From sequence record NC_023719.1: a stretch of 64,000 nt of DNA. One strand, 5' to 3'. A model generated the notes under the pieces. That model searched no databases. It had not been told where the DNA came from and saw only the letters and a program-made list of their open reading frames with translations. The position numbers and the translations under genes are program-made. This document shows, in pieces, positions 8,350-17,821 of this stretch (the stretch's first letter is position 1; the number at the start of each line of letters is the position of its first letter).

Positions 8350-8829
8350 ATGATAACAGCTTTTAGAAGTGATTTAACTAAATTGCAAAACGTAGATTAT
8401 ATAGTGAACGCTGCGAATGCAAAAGGTCCCATGGATTCTGGAATAGCTGGGGCAATAAGAATAAATGGTGGAACTGAAATACAAGATGCTGCAATGTTAA
8501 TATGTTCTAAATTAAATTATCAACCTGGAGATATTTATGTTACACATGCTGGTAGATTATCATTTAAGAAAATAATTCACCTTGTAACAATGGAAAACCC
8601 AGGTGGAGTAACTTCATATGATATTGTTAGAAAATGCCTTCAGAATTTAATTTTATACTGTAAAGTTAATAATATTAAGAAAATCGCTTTACCAGCTTTA
8701 GGTACAGGTGTAGGTGGTTTAGATATTGATAAAATAGCAGGAATTTTTAAAGAAATATTGGGTAGTGTAGAAGAAATAGAGTTTTTAGTTGTAGATATTG
8801 ATCCAATGTTTATTTACAATTTTAAATGA
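8350..8829 (+). CDS. Macro domain protein (ADP-ribose binding/hydrolase)
   Basis: DYIVNAAN, GIAGAI-x3-GG, IIHLVT and IALPALGTGVGG macrodomain motifs. Confidence 0.9.
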   Translation: MITAFRSDLTKLQNVDYIVNAANAKGPMDSGIAGAIRINGGTEIQDAAMLICSKLNYQPGDIYVTHAGRLSFKKIIHLVTMENPGGVTSYDIVRKCLQNLILYCKVNNIKKIALPALGTGVGGLDIDKIAGIFKEILGSVEEIEFLVVDIDPMFIYNFK

Positions 8830-8863
8830 AATAAGTTGTTTTAAGAAAGATTATTTGATGTAT

Positions 8864-8900
8864 ATAGGATATAGCTAGTTTAGCTATATCCTATTTTTTT
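8864..8900 (+). terminator. Intrinsic terminator
   Basis: 14-bp perfect stem ATAGGATATAGCTA/TAGCTATATCCTAT plus T-run. Confidence 0.8.
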
Positions 8901-8928
8901 GATTTTAATATTGAAGAGGGTGTTTATA

Positions 8929-9849
8929 TTGAAAAGATTAAAGAGACAATCAAAAGTATTTAGACAATCAAGATTGAAAAAGAAATCTTGGGATGCAGTG
9001 AGTTTAAAACACTATACTAGTACCCAACATTTTATCGAGATAATGAACGAAGGCCAAATAACTCCTGGTGGTTACAATGGGAATATCTCAGGTGGTGGAC
9101 ATGTTAAGTATTTATCGATGAGTGATGGCAGCAATACTACAAAAAAAATGTCACCATCAGAAATAGATAGATTATTCTCTAGTGATTTATGGGAAATTGA
9201 TAAAGATTTATTGAACTATGTGAATGAAACGAAAGATACTGATGAATGGTACTCAAAACAAATTAATGTAAATATTATTCAACCTAGTCATGATCAAAAT
9301 GGTGTTTATTTAACTAATAGGTCTGATGAAAATGATTACGGAAAAGAAGCTGTTAATAATGGTTTAAGTGACGATTATCCTAACTTTGAAATAACTTTAG
9401 AATTTAATGTTCAAACTGATGCATTAGGTCCTGACTTAGATGATGGTAAAATAGATAAAGAGAGCGAAACTCCACTTTGGAGACAAACTATTGATTCTAT
9501 AGGTCAGTGTGTACATTATGGTCCTATTTCTATTGACTCAATTAGCCAAGTGATAATAAAGGATTATGGTCAAATAAATGGATATGAAATGAGGTTTTCA
9601 GATAGAGATAATTTTTTAAGTTGGGCTAGTGAATTTATAAGTTTTGAACAAGGTTTAAGTGCAGCAGATGCATATTCGCAAATTCAAAAAATGTATGAAG
9701 AATTTGACAATTATTATGAAGAAGAAGACTTTGATGATGAAAATATTAATATCAACGACGATGATGATTTTGATGATGATGATATTGATTTTGACATAGA
9801 TGATTTCGAATTCCCTGAAGATGAATTAAATGATGATGATTTAAAGTAG
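8929..9849 (+). CDS. Putative ADP-ribosyltransferase-fold protein, paralogue A, with basic leader and Asp-rich tail
   Basis: LKHYTS..EGQITPGG, GVYLT, ITLEFNV..LGPD, HYGPISIDSI resemble the H-x-T / VYL[ST] / GPI pattern of Tpt1/KptA-Arr-like ART folds; TTG start behind GAGGGTG. Confidence 0.55.
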   Translation: MKRLKRQSKVFRQSRLKKKSWDAVSLKHYTSTQHFIEIMNEGQITPGGYNGNISGGGHVKYLSMSDGSNTTKKMSPSEIDRLFSSDLWEIDKDLLNYVNETKDTDEWYSKQINVNIIQPSHDQNGVYLTNRSDENDYGKEAVNNGLSDDYPNFEITLEFNVQTDALGPDLDDGKIDKESETPLWRQTIDSIGQCVHYGPISIDSISQVIIKDYGQINGYEMRFSDRDNFLSWASEFISFEQGLSAADAYSQIQKMYEEFDNYYEEEDFDDENININDDDDFDDDDIDFDIDDFEFPEDELNDDDLK

Positions 9850-9914
9850 TTAAAATTGTAAAGATTAATCAAACTTATTCATATAATTATCTTGTCTAAG
9901 AAGGAGGATGAATA

Positions 9915-10751
9915 GTGAGCAACGCAGATATACAATATAATAAATTAGTATCTAACATTCTATTAAATGGATTGTGGGATAAAGATCAAGAAGTAAGAAC
10001 AAGATGGAAAGATGGTACCTCAGCTTACTCTAAAAGTATAATAGGGGCTCAGTTTAAATTTGATAATTCTGAAGTTCCAATTCTTACAACAAAAGAAGTA
10101 AAATGGGAAGCTGCTATTAAAGAAATCTTATGGATTTGGAAACAAAAAAGCAATGTAGTGCAAGATTTAAAAGATGTTGGTGTAAATATTTGGAATGATT
10201 GGGAATTAGCTGATGGCACTATTGGTAAAGCGTATGGGTATCAACTTGGCAAAAAATGTTTAAATTTAAATGGCGAAAAAGTAGATCAAGTTGATTATTT
10301 ATTACACAATTTAAAAAACACTCCCGCTTCCAGACGACACATTACTACATTATGGTCTATAGAAGATTTAAATGATATGAGTTTAACTCCTTGTGTTTGG
10401 AAAACTCAGTGGTTTGTAAAACAAAATAAATTGCATTTAATTGTAGAAGCTCGTTCGAGTGATACAGGTTTAGGGTTACCATTTAATATCTTTCAATACA
10501 ATGTTCTACAGAGAGTATTTGCTCAAGTTTTAGGTTATGAATTAGGCGATTATGTTTTCAACATTGGGGATGCCCATATCTACGAAAGACATATTGAACC
10601 TTTAACTTCTCAATTGGAATTACCTCAACATGATGTTCCAACTTTATGGATTAATCCAGAAAAGAAGAACTTTTACGATTTTGACATATCAGATTTCAAA
10701 TTAATTGGTTACGAGCATGGTCCTTTCATTAGATTACCAATAGCTATTTAG
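9915..10751 (+). CDS. thyA: Thymidylate synthase
   Basis: PILTTK, LTPC catalytic Cys, ARSSDTGLGLPFN and GDAHIYERH motifs. Confidence 0.95.
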   Translation: MSNADIQYNKLVSNILLNGLWDKDQEVRTRWKDGTSAYSKSIIGAQFKFDNSEVPILTTKEVKWEAAIKEILWIWKQKSNVVQDLKDVGVNIWNDWELADGTIGKAYGYQLGKKCLNLNGEKVDQVDYLLHNLKNTPASRRHITTLWSIEDLNDMSLTPCVWKTQWFVKQNKLHLIVEARSSDTGLGLPFNIFQYNVLQRVFAQVLGYELGDYVFNIGDAHIYERHIEPLTSQLELPQHDVPTLWINPEKKNFYDFDISDFKLIGYEHGPFIRLPIAI

Positions 10752-10762
10752 GAGGGTAAGAT

Positions 10763-11242
10763 TTGATTAATTTAATAGTAGCTTTAGATAAAAATAATCT
10801 AATAGGTAAAGATAATGACCTCCCTTGGCGTTTGCCTAGAGATTTACAGTACTTTAAGTCAAGAACTTTAAATAGTCCTATTGTTATGGGTAGAAAAACT
10901 TTCCAATCGCTTCCAGGTTTGTTACCAGATAGACAACATGTCATTTTAACGAAAAGTGGATATGCTGTAAGAACGCCAAGAGCTGAATCTCATTCTTCAG
11001 TTGAAAGTGTATTAGAAAAATTTAAAGACAAAGATATATACGTAATTGGTGGTTCTGAAATCTTTAATTTGTTTTTATCTTATGTAGATAGAATGTATGT
11101 TACTTACATCGATGAAGAATTCGAAGGAGATACTTATTTTCCAGATGTTTTAGATAATTGGAAAATGGTATCTAATGAAAAAGGGATAAAAGACGACAAA
11201 AACCCTTATGATTATTACTTTAGAGTATATGAAAAAAAATAA
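10763..11242 (+). CDS. dfrA: Dihydrofolate reductase
   Basis: LIGKDNDLPW, IVMGRKTF, YVIGGSEIF and EGDTYFP motifs; follows thyA. Confidence 0.95.
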   Translation: MINLIVALDKNNLIGKDNDLPWRLPRDLQYFKSRTLNSPIVMGRKTFQSLPGLLPDRQHVILTKSGYAVRTPRAESHSSVESVLEKFKDKDIYVIGGSEIFNLFLSYVDRMYVTYIDEEFEGDTYFPDVLDNWKMVSNEKGIKDDKNPYDYYFRVYEKK

Positions 11243-11329
11243 ATTTATAATTTTTAAAAGGTATTTTTTGGATTATAATTTTGATTTCTCGTCCCTATTA
11301 TGTATATGTAATGGGGAGGGGAAATTCAA

Positions 11330-11689
11330 ATGAAACGTCTTATTAAAAAGTCAGAAAAGACTTATGAAACTAAGAATGATAATAATGAAGTTGAACAGCG
11401 TGAAGAAGTAGATAATGAAGTTCATGAAGAAGTACAAGAAACAAATCATGAAGAAGTACATCCTGCAGATATGGAGAGAGAAGACCCTTATCTTGGAAGA
11501 TATGTAGAAATCACAAATCGTAGATCAAAGTATTATGGTTATCACGCAAGAGTAGATGATAAATTTTATACTGATAGATATAAAATTTACTTAGAACCAA
11601 AAAGAAGTGATGACGATGGTGGAAAAGGGTATATTATCAATTTTGTAGGTGTAAATGTTGCTTCTAACTGGTTTACTGTTGTTGAGTAA
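11330..11689 (+). CDS. Hypothetical protein with KRLIKKS leader, acidic linker and SH3/KOW-like C-terminus
   Basis: MKRLIKKSEK start; E/H/V-rich linker; GRYVEITNRRSKYYG..ARV strand pattern. Confidence 0.65.
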   Translation: MKRLIKKSEKTYETKNDNNEVEQREEVDNEVHEEVQETNHEEVHPADMEREDPYLGRYVEITNRRSKYYGYHARVDDKFYTDRYKIYLEPKRSDDDGGKGYIINFVGVNVASNWFTVVE

Positions 11690-11705
11690 GGGGAGATTAG
11701 TAAAA

Positions 11706-12029
11706 ATGACTTTAGATGAAATGCAGAAATGGTTTGAACTTTTTGCGGAAAAAGAAGGATGGCTCGAACATAAAAGTTTCGTGGATATTGGTTTTTTATT
11801 AGAAGAAGCTGGCGAAGTTGCAAGAGAAGTTCGGAGACACGAGATCGGTAGGCATGCACACGTAGATGAGAATGGTATGTCTAATAATGAAATGAAAGAA
11901 AAGTTAGCAGAAGAAATAGGAGATACATTACAGGCTCTATCAGTAATAGCATCTAGATATGATATTTCTCTAGCAGAAGCATTTAATATTCATAAAGAAA
12001 AAGTAATTAGAGAATATGGTGATATGTAA
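11706..12029 (+). CDS. MazG-like nucleotide pyrophosphohydrolase
   Basis: LLEEAGEVAREV...LAEEIGDTL (ExxE...ExxD) signature; start at ATG 11706. Confidence 0.85.
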   Translation: MTLDEMQKWFELFAEKEGWLEHKSFVDIGFLLEEAGEVAREVRRHEIGRHAHVDENGMSNNEMKEKLAEEIGDTLQALSVIASRYDISLAEAFNIHKEKVIREYGDM

Positions 12030-12082
12030 GTTGTACCGTTAATAATTATTTTTCTTTTTAAAACAGAAAGAGGTTAAAAATA

Positions 12083-12667
12083 ATGGCGAATAAAACTCGC
12101 ATATACTTTGACTGTGAATTTACAGGCTTACATCAAAATACAACTATGATTTCAATTGGGTTACTTGCTGATAATGGAGATTATTTTTATGCTGAGTTTA
12201 ATGACTACGATAGAGATCAAATAAACGACTGGTTAAAGGATAACGTACTAGCTAATTTGTTTTTCTTAAAACAAGTTGAAGAAAGACAATTAGTTTTTCC
12301 TAAGTCTATGAAAGTTGAAAAATATTTGATGTGTGGAAACACTAATCAAGTTGTTGAAAGATTAAAAGAGTGGTTGTCGAAATTTGAAGAAATAGAGATA
12401 TGGTCTGATTGTTTATCTTATGATTGGGTTCTATTTAATCAACTGTTTGGTGGAGCGCTCAATATACCAAAAAACATTTACTATATACCATTCGATATTT
12501 GTACGCTCTTTAAGATGAAAAATGTTGATCCAGATATTAGCAGAGAAGAATTTGGGAAAAATCACATAAGAGAAGATAACTATTTTAAATCTAATGTTAA
12601 AAAGCATAATTCTCTATGGGATGCATATTTAATAGAAGCTTGCTATAATAGATTGGAGGAAAAATAA
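12083..12667 (+). CDS. DEDD 3'-5' exoribonuclease (RNase AS/DUF5051-like)
   Basis: YFDCEFTGL, ISIGL, YDWVLF and HNSLWDA motifs. Confidence 0.8.
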   Translation: MANKTRIYFDCEFTGLHQNTTMISIGLLADNGDYFYAEFNDYDRDQINDWLKDNVLANLFFLKQVEERQLVFPKSMKVEKYLMCGNTNQVVERLKEWLSKFEEIEIWSDCLSYDWVLFNQLFGGALNIPKNIYYIPFDICTLFKMKNVDPDISREEFGKNHIREDNYFKSNVKKHNSLWDAYLIEACYNRLEEK

Positions 12668-13143
12668 TGGTAATGCCGTATAGTAACAAAACTATTCAAC
12701 ATCAACTAGATCTTTTTGACTCACCTATTGATTGGACGATTGATCAAAGTTATAATCCTGAAATCAAAAAATTAGAAAACACTATTAAGGGTATTTCTGA
12801 TAATATGCGTCAACAAATGCTTATTCTCCAAGGTTTAATTTTAGAATTACAGGGAAAAGCTAGTAACACTGGGAAATTTGACAAAAAATTATACGAAGAA
12901 ATAATGAAATATGCTGAAGTAGTTGAACAAACAAAGTCGACTTTAGGCGGTTTTAATGAATCACTAAATGGAGTAAAAGATATTATTGATTCTTTACAAG
13001 TAGGGCAAGAATTATTAGATGGTTTTAACGAATATAAAGAGAAACAAAAAGTGCGGCACCAAGATTTTTTCGTCGGTGGGGCAGACACTTTCATATCAGA
13101 TAATGTTAGAAATTATACTTTAAAACATAAGTTATATTTATAA
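12667..13143 (+). CDS. Hypothetical coiled-coil protein
   Basis: Overlaps the upstream stop; heptad-like composition. Confidence 0.65.
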   Translation: MVMPYSNKTIQHQLDLFDSPIDWTIDQSYNPEIKKLENTIKGISDNMRQQMLILQGLILELQGKASNTGKFDKKLYEEIMKYAEVVEQTKSTLGGFNESLNGVKDIIDSLQVGQELLDGFNEYKEKQKVRHQDFFVGGADTFISDNVRNYTLKHKLYL

Positions 13144-13170
13144 ATGTAGGTAAGGAAAGGGAGATTTGTT

Positions 13171-13473
13171 TTGAATTTTGATCCAATTAAGGAATTAAAA
13201 GATTTAGTAGTAGAAATAGAGGGAAAAGTGCCAACGGATATTATTGATTTATTAGATAAAAAAGTTGAGTATTACAAATCAAATGGTATTCATGATAGAA
13301 TGCACATTGGGAAAACGGATTGGGATCTAGTTAGTGCATCTGAATGGTTACTTAGTATGTTTATCGGAATTATTAAAAAGGGAAAAGAAGATAAACGAAA
13401 CTTTAATGTATTTGGTAATTGGTTAGAACACGTGTATCACTTCGTTATTAATAATAAACAAGGTTTTAAGTAA
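13171..13473 (+). CDS. Hypothetical protein
   Basis: GGGAG RBS; followed by a terminator hairpin near 13474-13497. Confidence 0.65.
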   Translation: MNFDPIKELKDLVVEIEGKVPTDIIDLLDKKVEYYKSNGIHDRMHIGKTDWDLVSASEWLLSMFIGIIKKGKEDKRNFNVFGNWLEHVYHFVINNKQGFK

Positions 13474-13574
13474 AGAGAGGTTTTCCTCTCTTTTTTTACA
13501 TAAAAGTGAATTAATTGTTATTACATTTTAACTCTTCTATATTCTTTATATGAATAGAAAGGAGGGGGAAAGTT

Positions 13575-13910
13575 GTGAGTGATTTTGATAAAACATTAAT
13601 GGGGAACATTGATGATGTTTTAAGAGATTTGCAAAATACAAAAGGGGTACGTTTAGATAAAGATAAAGTTGAGTTTTTAAAAATGATTTCAAAAACAAAA
13701 TACTCTGGACTAACAACTCCAAAACTAGTATCTTCAATGAATTTTTTAAAAGAGAAAAACGACGAATGGTTTGTTGAGCTATTAGATGATGGATTAGTTG
13801 AAAAGATTTCTTATCAAGCCCCTACAAGTAAAGTCAGACAAACATTTGAAGGTTGGTTTATCACTACTGCAGGAAGAAAAGTCTTAAAAGATGTCTTAAA
13901 GAAAATGTAA
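13575..13910 (+). CDS. Possible winged-helix DNA-binding protein
   Basis: LLDDGLVEK...WFITTAGRKVL resembles a wHTH wing and terminal helix. Confidence 0.45.
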   Translation: MSDFDKTLMGNIDDVLRDLQNTKGVRLDKDKVEFLKMISKTKYSGLTTPKLVSSMNFLKEKNDEWFVELLDDGLVEKISYQAPTSKVRQTFEGWFITTAGRKVLKDVLKKM

Positions 13911-13989
13911 GAGACAGTTAAACTCTGTCTCTTTTTTGATTAATATATAGGTATATTTAAATTTTCCAAATAAGAGAGGAAGTATACCT

Positions 13990-14466
13990 ATGAAACAATT
14001 TATCGAAGAAAAAGACATTTATATCGAAATGATGCAGCAATTAAAGGACAAATTCCATGACACGCTAGGTCACATTTTTGTTGATGAAATTTTAGTTATG
14101 ACAGATACTGAGTTTGAAATTAAGCCACCACGTGGAAAAGGTGGAGAAGATCCAAGTGAAGAAGCGATTGCGAAATGGGAAGATAAAAAACGTAAAGCTT
14201 GGAAATTTGAAATGAAGAAAATTCCAAAGTTATATCGAGATGCGCTTGATAAAAATAAAGAATTTGTTCTTATTGTTCGACAAAGCCTAGTTAAAGAATT
14301 AACAGATGCACAGGTTATTGCTCATGTTTATTCTGAAATGCGTAAAATCAATCATGAATATAAATTACAAAAACCAGATGTTCATACATTCTCTGATTTA
14401 GCGGAAAAATTAGGTCGTTCGGATTGGGACTCTGCTTATGATCTTCCTAATATTTTAGAAAATTAA
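13990..14466 (+). CDS. Phage metallopeptidase-like domain lacking HExxH, paralogue A
   Basis: LGHIFVDEI...EFVLIV...HVYSEMRKI...KPDVHTFSDLAEKLG aligns with 24493..24951. Confidence 0.5.
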   Translation: MKQFIEEKDIYIEMMQQLKDKFHDTLGHIFVDEILVMTDTEFEIKPPRGKGGEDPSEEAIAKWEDKKRKAWKFEMKKIPKLYRDALDKNKEFVLIVRQSLVKELTDAQVIAHVYSEMRKINHEYKLQKPDVHTFSDLAEKLGRSDWDSAYDLPNILEN

Positions 14467-14470
14467 GTGG

Positions 14471-14833
14471 GTGTTTAATTTGGATCAAGAGTTAATAGAT
14501 ATTCGACAAGATTTATTAAATATGCAACACCAAATAGCAAATTTAAGTATTTCAATTGAGAATTTAAGTAATCAAAATTTTACTCAACAAAACAATATTA
14601 ACATGATGGCTCAATCTATAAATATGCAAATTCAACTTTTAAATCAGATGAATCAAGTAATTAGCAATCTTACAAATAAGTTATCAGATATGGAGATTAA
14701 TTTTGATAATTCCGATAACTTCACTAAAGATATAATTGATGGCCAAAACGTTATTTTAGCTGAAATTAATGAGTTAAAGAATTCCATAGAAGGAATTCGA
14801 TTCTATATGTTAAATAGCAACTCAAATTTCTAA
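14471..14833 (+). CDS. Asn/Gln-rich coiled-coil protein
   Basis: Long heptad repeat. Confidence 0.6.
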   Translation: MFNLDQELIDIRQDLLNMQHQIANLSISIENLSNQNFTQQNNINMMAQSINMQIQLLNQMNQVISNLTNKLSDMEINFDNSDNFTKDIIDGQNVILAEINELKNSIEGIRFYMLNSNSNF

Positions 14834-14938
14834 TGTTATATTTTTCAACAGATGCCTATATTTTAAATATTGAATAGTTTCAAACAAAAGGCATGTGTTA
14901 GTTCAAAATAATCTTAGAAATTGGTGGTGAATTGGTAA

Positions 14939-15184
14939 ATGAAGTCTTCAAAGAGAGTTGATGAAAGAATCGTTAAAGATTATCGAATAATTGATTCTGC
15001 TTGGGATGAATTCTCTGATTACGTTGGTGAACATAATATAGGAACACCTTTGACTGTTAAACAATTTGAAGAAATATTTAGTAAACTAAATAGAAACAAT
15101 AAGTTTTCGCCAATGAAGGATTATATTTTGGAATCTTTCAGGAATGATTGTTATGCATGGCCATTTGTAGAAAAGAACCAATGA
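14939..15184 (+). CDS. Hypothetical protein
   Basis: 81-aa ORF behind GGTGGTG. Confidence 0.55.
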   Translation: MKSSKRVDERIVKDYRIIDSAWDEFSDYVGEHNIGTPLTVKQFEEIFSKLNRNNKFSPMKDYILESFRNDCYAWPFVEKNQ

Positions 15185-15265
15185 TTTATTGGTTCTTTTT
15201 TTTTAAAAAAAGCGGAAAAATACATATAATTCTTTTAATTAAAAAGAGAAAGGTTTGTTGTATCT

Positions 15266-15820
15266 TTGAAAAAACGAGGTTATTTAGAAATTATTTCAGG
15301 CGGAATGTACTCCGGCAAAAGCGAAGAATTAATAAGACGATTAAAAAGATGTAGTTTTGCAAATATTAAATTTCAATTATTTAAACCAGAAATTGACAAT
15401 AGGTATAGCGAGAACAAAGTAGTAACGCATGATAAAGATTCACAACTAAGCGCTCTATCAGTTAGTACTCCAAAAGAATTGATATCACTAGTTGAATCAG
15501 ATACTACGGTTGTTGGTATTGATGAAGTTCAATTCTTTGATGAAACAATTGTTGAAGTAATAGAGCAATTAAATGAAAAAGGTATAAGAGTCGTAGCTGC
15601 TGGATTAGATATGTATAGTACTGGGGAACCATTTGGTTCAACTGGAATTTTGATGGCAAAAGCTAAGTACGTAAGTAAACTACACGCAGTATGTGTAGTA
15701 TGTGGGAATAACGCTTATATTTCTAAGGCTATTAGTGAGAATGATAGTGCTAATAATGAAAGTACAGTTAAAGTTGGAAGCGTCGGGGATTATGTTGCAG
15801 TATGTGAAAATTGTAAATAA
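15266..15820 (+). CDS. tdk: Thymidine kinase
   Basis: GGMYSGKSEEL P-loop, GIDEVQFF, AGLD and CVVCG...CENC zinc site. Confidence 0.95.
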   Translation: MKKRGYLEIISGGMYSGKSEELIRRLKRCSFANIKFQLFKPEIDNRYSENKVVTHDKDSQLSALSVSTPKELISLVESDTTVVGIDEVQFFDETIVEVIEQLNEKGIRVVAAGLDMYSTGEPFGSTGILMAKAKYVSKLHAVCVVCGNNAYISKAISENDSANNESTVKVGSVGDYVAVCENCK

Positions 15821-15844
15821 AACAAATACAAAGGGGAGACACTT

Positions 15845-16192
15845 ATGTCAAAAGAAATAGGGAAGCAGGCGATAGTAACTGATCATGGCAGTCGAAGAAT
15901 AAAAGATAGACTAGGATTAAGCAAAAAAATAGCAGATAAGGTATCTCAAAAAGCGTTAGAGAACGGTGTTAGTCATAGTGAAACAAAGGGTAGCTTTAAA
16001 AAATATATAGATGCTTTATATTTAAAACATAAAAAAGCTAATAATATTAAGATTTATCACAGAAAGATTTATTTGTTTAGAAATGAAGTATTAATCACAG
16101 TATTAAATTTACCTAATAAATATTCTGTGGTTGCAGATAAATTACAAAGAATTAAAAACCAAGAGAAAGAAAAAACAAAAGAGTCTCAATGA
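15845..16192 (+). CDS. Hypothetical basic protein
   Basis: GGGGAG RBS; VTDHGSRRIKDR; followed by a terminator. Confidence 0.65.
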   Translation: MSKEIGKQAIVTDHGSRRIKDRLGLSKKIADKVSQKALENGVSHSETKGSFKKYIDALYLKHKKANNIKIYHRKIYLFRNEVLITVLNLPNKYSVVADKLQRIKNQEKEKTKESQ

Positions 16193-16379
16193 CTCTTTTT
16201 TATTTTGAAAAATTTTCTAAAATATTTTGGTATTTTTTCATGAAATCCATCATACATTGTATTATAAAGAATTATTATTTAGTGTTATATTTTCAATAGT
16301 TTTTAATAATATTAGTAATTATAATAATTTGTCTTCTTTTAAGAAAAAGTGATATTTTAATAAATTTAAAGTAGAGGGA

Positions 16380-16685
16380 GTGGTGAGATTGTTATGTATA
16401 AATTGTTTGCAAAATGCTACAAATAAACTTATAGCAGATGACATTATCATCCTTGAATATTTGAATAATCAGGGGGCAACAATTCCACAATGTACTATGT
16501 CAAGAGAAACTATAAAAGAAGAATTGAAGATGACAAATCATAAGTGTTATTCGTCAATTAGTCGTTTAGAATGTTTAGATATGATTGAACGTAAAGTTGG
16601 TACAAAATCAAGTAGATATTTTATTACAAAGAATGGTCAACATGTTTTGTATTTGGTGAATGATAAATTACAGGAGGTTGAATAA
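16380..16685 (+). CDS. Winged helix-turn-helix protein (TubR-like by position)
   Basis: MSRETIKEELKMT..CYSSISRLECLDMIER...YFITKNG wHTH pattern; abuts the tubulin gene. Confidence 0.65.
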   Translation: MVRLLCINCLQNATNKLIADDIIILEYLNNQGATIPQCTMSRETIKEELKMTNHKCYSSISRLECLDMIERKVGTKSSRYFITKNGQHVLYLVNDKLQEVE

Positions 16686-17816
16686 ATGGCTGGTACTAAA
16701 ATTGGTTTTCTTTGTTTTGGTGAAGGCGGTTCAAATGTTGGAGAGTATGCTGCTCAAAAAGGTTTTCCAGTAGTTGCAGTCAATAGCGCTAAAATAGATT
16801 TAGAAAAAATAAAAATAATTCCAAAAGATTGTAGGATTCACTTGGATGGCTGGGAAGGTGCTGGCAGAAATAGAGATGTAGGTAGGGAAGCAGTTCTATC
16901 TCACGCAGAAACAATCTTTGAAAAGATAAAAGATAAATTTAAAGATTGTGACATGGTGTTTTCAGTAGCTTCAACAGCTGGCGGTACAGGTTCAGGATCT
17001 TTAGCGGTTGGTATCGAACTTCTTTCAGAAATAAATAGTAAAGTTGGAGCGATAACTATTTTGCCAGACAAAAATGAAAGCCCAAAAGCTCATATGAATT
17101 CTTTAGAATGTTTCTCTGAGTTAAGCCAATACGAACAATTGAATAGTACGTTTATCATTGATAATGAAAAAGCAAATCAAGTATTTAAAGGCAAAGACAA
17201 AATTCAAATTTATCAATTATCTAATAATCAATTGATTGACAATTTAGCGGAAATATGCTCACTAACCGATCAACACGCTTTAGTTTCAAATTTTGATAAA
17301 AATGATCTACTTGAAATACTAAGTGAACGAGGAACCACTATAATTAGCAAGATAACAATACCAACAGAAGAATTGAAAGATGAAGTAGAAATTGTTAATG
17401 CAATTAGAAAATCTTGGGAAACTGTTTGTTCTTCTGACATTGGTGATGGGCAAATAGTAAAAGCTGGTGTATTTGGTAAAATACCAAAAGAATTAACTTC
17501 AATGATAGATTCAAGAAAAGTTTTTGAAGAAATTGGAATGCCATATGATATAATTGAATCTTACTATTTGAATACTGAACACTCTAATCATTGTATTTTC
17601 TATACTATTCTTTCTGGATTATCCTACCCAATTGAAAGATTGAAACAAATAGAAAGTGAAGTACAGATGATTGAACAAGAATTGATTAATAGAGTAGAAG
17701 TTTCTAGGACCCAAGTTTTTTCAACTAATAATTGGAACTCTAAGTTTAAACGACCTGAACAAAAACAAAATGTTAAAACATCGTTAAGTGATAGATTAAC
17801 AAGATTTACTAAGTAA
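16686..17816 (+). CDS. Tubulin/FtsZ-family GTPase (TubZ/PhuZ-like)
   Basis: FGEGGSNVG, GAGRNRDVG, AGGTGSG tubulin signature, IIDNEK and NFDKND T7-loop-like motif. Confidence 0.9.
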   Translation: MAGTKIGFLCFGEGGSNVGEYAAQKGFPVVAVNSAKIDLEKIKIIPKDCRIHLDGWEGAGRNRDVGREAVLSHAETIFEKIKDKFKDCDMVFSVASTAGGTGSGSLAVGIELLSEINSKVGAITILPDKNESPKAHMNSLECFSELSQYEQLNSTFIIDNEKANQVFKGKDKIQIYQLSNNQLIDNLAEICSLTDQHALVSNFDKNDLLEILSERGTTIISKITIPTEELKDEVEIVNAIRKSWETVCSSDIGDGQIVKAGVFGKIPKELTSMIDSRKVFEEIGMPYDIIESYYLNTEHSNHCIFYTILSGLSYPIERLKQIESEVQMIEQELINRVEVSRTQVFSTNNWNSKFKRPEQKQNVKTSLSDRLTRFTK

Positions 17817-17821
17817 TATTT

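Noticed and set aside
15148-15354. 68-aa ORF overlapping 14939..15184 and tdk
   Set aside because: It overlaps two better genes, is low-complexity F/K text and lacks a good RBS
9915-15820. Uracil-DNA phage (PBS1/AR9-type)
   Set aside because: thyA, dfrA and tdk point to active dTTP synthesis
16193-16379. tubC-like centromere iterons upstream of the wHTH-tubulin operon
   Set aside because: Only AT-rich sequence; no convincing tandem repeats by eye
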